A stretch of DNA of 51,663 bases from Candidatus Micrarchaeota archaeon. Its GTDB lineage: Archaea > Micrarchaeota > Micrarchaeia > Norongarragalinales > UBA8480. Made by a program: the position numbers and the translations under genes. Below the pieces are notes generated by a model. The model saw nothing but the letters and a program-made list of their open reading frames with translations, was not told the origin of the DNA and did no database searches. The stretch's first letter is position 1, and every line of letters starts with the position of its first letter. Shown here piece after piece: positions 48,396-51,663 of the stretch. Location of the stretch: the NCBI GenBank assembly GCA_023247085.1, contig JAHFHC010000005.1:1-51663 (forward strand), given 5' to 3'.

Positions 48396-49087
48396 AAACT
48401 CGGGGTCAAGCGGCAATTTTTGACGGCATCATGTTTTTGCTACTTGTAAGTTTTTCAGTTGCGCTTATGTTTTCATTTTTGTCAGATTATGGCGCTAACC
48501 AAGCGCATACTTTGCGTAATTCGCACTTGCTAAATTACGTGCAAGGGATTGGAAAATCCGTTTACAACATAGATGTCTCTACATTAAAAACAACGGATTT
48601 GAACACCGTGGGTCAACGTTGGAGTTTTGACAATTGTGATACACTTGGTAAATTCAGGTTAAACACAGTTGCAGATTTGTTGAAACGGGATTTATCTGAC
48701 CATAAGTTTAACAACAAGTTTGGCGACAGTGAAGTTGCAAATGCGCCGGGTAAGTTAGCATTGCGGTGTGCGTTGTTTGAACTCATGAAGCCAGTTGTTG
48801 GAAGCGGGTATGATTACCAAGCAGAGATACTTGATGCAGATTCAACACCGTTATTTGCGCCGTTTCAACTTGACACAAATGATCCTGAACCCCGATTAGT
48901 GACAACTTTAGCTGAAAGTGACCCGCTTTACCAAGTAGCTAAGGTTAATGGCTGTGAGTCAATTGCACTTAATTTGAAGGGAAAGCAACTACTTGCTATT
49001 TCAACACCGTTTAAAGTTTTTGACGAAGCGGGTCAAGCTCATGGGCACCAATTGCGAATATGCATGTGGCCAAGTGAAAGCACTTAA
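48392..49087 (+). CDS. Class III signal peptide (pilin-like) protein
   Basis: MKTRG/QAAIFDGIMFLLLVSFSVALMF; ATGA coupling; C-terminal LRICMW. Confidence 0.8.
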   Translation: MKTRGQAAIFDGIMFLLLVSFSVALMFSFLSDYGANQAHTLRNSHLLNYVQGIGKSVYNIDVSTLKTTDLNTVGQRWSFDNCDTLGKFRLNTVADLLKRDLSDHKFNNKFGDSEVANAPGKLALRCALFELMKPVVGSGYDYQAEILDADSTPLFAPFQLDTNDPEPRLVTTLAESDPLYQVAKVNGCESIALNLKGKQLLAISTPFKVFDEAGQAHGHQLRICMWPSEST

Positions 49088-49121
49088 AAACTAACACTGC
49101 AAAATACTTTAGTTACGGATT

Positions 49122-50216
49122 ATGGCAATTGAACCAGAAGAAATAAGAAAAGCAACTGAATTTTTTAACGCACTTGGAATGAAGCGACATGGCTGGCTAC
49201 CGGCCCCGTTAAAAGTAGCTTTGCATGCTGCAGTTGAAAAAGGAGAAATTGATCAAACAAATTTAATTGAGTTAGGTGAAAGGTTTGCTAAAATTGGAAA
49301 AATTGAGGGAATTCAACCACATATTAAGGAAGCGGCTGTGACAGCTGCAACAAATCCAAGAAAGGCACTTATCACATTAAAAATAAATATAACTGGAACT
49401 AGCAAGCCCAGTATTGAAGAGCATTATGAAGATAGTGTTCCGCTTTGGGCACGAAAAAGAATTGAATCACATGTACCGGCTACACTCTTGGCTGAATTGA
49501 AAAAAGCGTATTTCGAAGGAAAATTAATTCGAGAGCCGCGTGGGCAGCATAACTATTATGGTCAACACCATGGCAATGGCGGATTTTTTCATGCTATAGG
49601 CGAGTTGTTGCCGCCAGCAGTTGAAGATTCTGAAATTAATACATCTGCACTAGTGAAAAAAGCAGTTGAAACAATAATGCAACACGCAATGCACATAAAA
49701 GACCCAGTGTATAAGGCTAGTTACTTGCGGAATGCGTTGTTCGATATCACTACTTACTGGTATGGTTCAATTTATCGAGATGAGTTAAGGCCAGAAGTTG
49801 AAGCAAAAATAGCACATTTTATCGCTAGGCACAAAGCACAACTTGGCAGTTTACACGTCACTCCAGAAAAACTAGGTAAACTTCTTTACGAGCAAGGAGT
49901 TTCACACATTTGGCCATCTCAATACAATGACTTTCTTTACGTACAAACGCCTTTGAAAACGGTGGATCAAACAAGAAAATTTGCAGATAATTTAGAAGTA
50001 AGTTTAGATCCTGCACATTTTGAAATTGATCATGCACTTGGACGAGGACAAATTAGGTTAAAATCTACTTCTCCAGAAGGGGACGAGTTTATAAGTAGAA
50101 TTAGTTTACCAAATAAAAAAGAAAAAGAAGGGCTGCGTTGGCAACATACTAAAAGCGTTGTAAATGGATTTATGGGCGGCAAAGTAAAAAAAGCCTTTAG
50201 AGAAAAACCACATTAG
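49122..50216 (+). CDS. Hypothetical protein with RHGWL leader module at the end of the pilin operon
   Basis: KATEFFNALGMKRHGWLPAPLKVALHAAVEKGEID...LG; no signal peptide or TM helix. Confidence 0.75.
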   Translation: MAIEPEEIRKATEFFNALGMKRHGWLPAPLKVALHAAVEKGEIDQTNLIELGERFAKIGKIEGIQPHIKEAAVTAATNPRKALITLKINITGTSKPSIEEHYEDSVPLWARKRIESHVPATLLAELKKAYFEGKLIREPRGQHNYYGQHHGNGGFFHAIGELLPPAVEDSEINTSALVKKAVETIMQHAMHIKDPVYKASYLRNALFDITTYWYGSIYRDELRPEVEAKIAHFIARHKAQLGSLHVTPEKLGKLLYEQGVSHIWPSQYNDFLYVQTPLKTVDQTRKFADNLEVSLDPAHFEIDHALGRGQIRLKSTSPEGDEFISRISLPNKKEKEGLRWQHTKSVVNGFMGGKVKKAFREKPH

Positions 50217-51663
50217 CCGCCAACTTTTTTCTTAACATTAACTTCTTCTTTGCACTTGGGGCAAGTGTAAATGAATTGACCGGGACCAATTGGCCTTATT
50301 GAAGGAGAACAATTTGCACACATTCCCGTTCCACAATATGGACAGAAAATTATTTTTGAACTTTTGGATTTACAAGTTGGGCAACCCATTCCTTGTTCTG
50401 CTTGAATCTGGACAAAAGACACATCTGATTTACCTGAAGATGCAGCAGTAGCAGGCTGTGAAGAAGTGGGTTGGGTTGAAGTTGGTTGCCCGCTTGTTGC
50501 TTTTGATAATTGTGCAAATATATCGGCACCACCCGTTTGGCTAGAAGAAGTCGATGGTTCAGCTGCGAATAACTCTTTATTATTAGCAGGCTTATCTGCT
50601 TGAGGATTGGAAAATAAGCTAGTTCCCAAGATGTCGGACATTGAAACGCCAGTTTCAAGAGACGAAACAGAAGTTGAAGCGGAAGCGACGCTTGCTTCAG
50701 TTGATCTTTTAGACGGAGTTTTAACCCCGTTTTCAATTTTTGATTCTGTCGACGTTTGTTGTTTTGGTGCATCAACTTTCAATACATCCGAGGCTTTTGC
50801 CTTTGTCTTCGTATCTTTAAGCTGTGAGTAAATATCTTGCACCATTGTGCCGAATTCTTCTTTTTGGCTGACATCCTTGTCAGCAATCACTTTAACTTGT
50901 TGGTCAGTTAGCAGGTATCTGCGATGAATTGGTCCGCCTTGCGGGGTGGTTGCAGCAGTTGTTTTTGCTTCTTTTGTAAAAGTCGATACTAATTCTTGTA
51001 ATTCTTGTTCTTCGCTTTCTTTTCCTGGCGCAATTGATTGCACGGTTTTTGTTTTACCCGAATTTGTTTTAGTTGAAGTTGATTTAGTTGAAACGGTTTT
51101 ACTTGAATCAATTTGTGCTTGTTCGGTTTCTCTAGCTTGCTTCCACTTTGCAAAACCAACTGGAGACGATTGTGTAACGGCTGTAACTGTTGAAACCGCT
51201 TTCTTTGGCACAGTTGTTGCTGCTGGCTCGGTTGCTACGGCTGGAACCGGCGAAATGGTTTTTATTTCTAGTTTAACTTCTACTGGCTCATTAATCAAAT
51301 TTCCTTTTAGCTCCTCTACTTTTGCAATGGATGTAACTGGTTTTATTTCAATTTGCTTTGGAGAATCTTGCTTCAAAATTGTTTTGCCTTTTGCACTACC
51401 ACTAACGGGTCTGGTTCTTGACCCCGCCTTAACTGGCATGCCAACTGTGATGAACTTCTGGCTTGATAAAGTCAAAAGGAAAAATGTACGCAGAACAATT
51501 AAGTAAAACGCAGTTACGATGAAGAGCATGGTGAAGAATAGTGAGTCAAGGTAAAACGCACGATCGCCAGTGATTGAATAATCAACTAGAAACGCAGTTA
51601 GCCAAATAGCTGCTGAAATAAAGCAAACAGTTAGGAATTTAGTGCTTTTTTCAAATGTCCTTA
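50213..51663 (-). CDS. Membrane protein with long S/T/K-rich disordered region and C-terminal double zinc ribbon (5' end outside window)
   Basis: The frame stays open upstream of 51529 to the window edge (…FLTVCFISAAIWLTAFLVD…FFTMLFIVTAFYLIV, two TM helices); C-terminal CPTC, CPYC, CANC, CPKC. Confidence 0.8.
   Translation of the reverse strand, partial: RTFEKSTKFLTVCFISAAIWLTAFLVDYSITGDRAFYLDSLFFTMLFIVTAFYLIVLRTFFLLTLSSQKFITVGMPVKAGSRTRPVSGSAKGKTILKQDSPKQIEIKPVTSIAKVEELKGNLINEPVEVKLEIKTISPVPAVATEPAATTVPKKAVSTVTAVTQSSPVGFAKWKQARETEQAQIDSSKTVSTKSTSTKTNSGKTKTVQSIAPGKESEEQELQELVSTFTKEAKTTAATTPQGGPIHRRYLLTDQQVKVIADKDVSQKEEFGTMVQDIYSQLKDTKTKAKASDVLKVDAPKQQTSTESKIENGVKTPSKRSTEASVASASTSVSSLETGVSMSDILGTSLFSNPQADKPANNKELFAAEPSTSSSQTGGADIFAQLSKATSGQPTSTQPTSSQPATAASSGKSDVSFVQIQAEQGMGCPTCKSKSSKIIFCPYCGTGMCANCSPSIRPIGPGQFIYTCPKCKEEVNVKKKVGG

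Noticed and set aside
39240-49087. Archaellum operon
   Set aside because: No archaellin-like sequences and no ArlH/ArlF/ArlG-like genes; layout fits a Tad/T4P-like system.
50946-51506. 186-aa plus-strand ORF
   Set aside because: Antisense to the S/T/K-rich zinc-ribbon gene; its hydrophobic composition mirrors the low-complexity sense codons.

Overview
Archaeal chromosomal segment with the hallmarks of a DPANN-type symbiont (Micrarchaeota-like; inferred from the gene families, archaeal-type LeuRS, TATA boxes and GGTGA Shine-Dalgarno motifs). It holds three giant paralogous N-anchored surface proteins (>1585 aa truncated at the window start and missing from the ORF track, 2951 aa, 2381 aa). 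Between them lie toxin-antitoxin-like modules (AbiE-like, wHTH+RelE-like), an archaeal AAA ATPase and an island of very basic orphan/enzyme genes (two HPr-kinase-like P-loop kinases, a SAM methyltransferase, a GT-A glycosyltransferase). Next come a pilin-like gene, an archaeosortase, leuS and a Fic gene, then a type IV pilus/Tad-like operon: an intein-containing VirB11/TadA-type ATPase, a fused TadB/C-like platform protein and six class III signal-peptide proteins. The main find is a ~45-aa N-terminal module, A-x3-F-x(5-6)-[RK]-[HY]-G-[WY]-L-x(14)-G-x-I-x(7)-L-G, which I do not recognise as a named domain. It is fused to unrelated cargo in at least five places, in both the basic-protein island and the pilus operon, and one copy is split by a frameshift. 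I infer a candidate leader-tagged effector repertoire linked to a surface attachment/secretion machine. No rRNA, tRNA or CRISPR array was seen.
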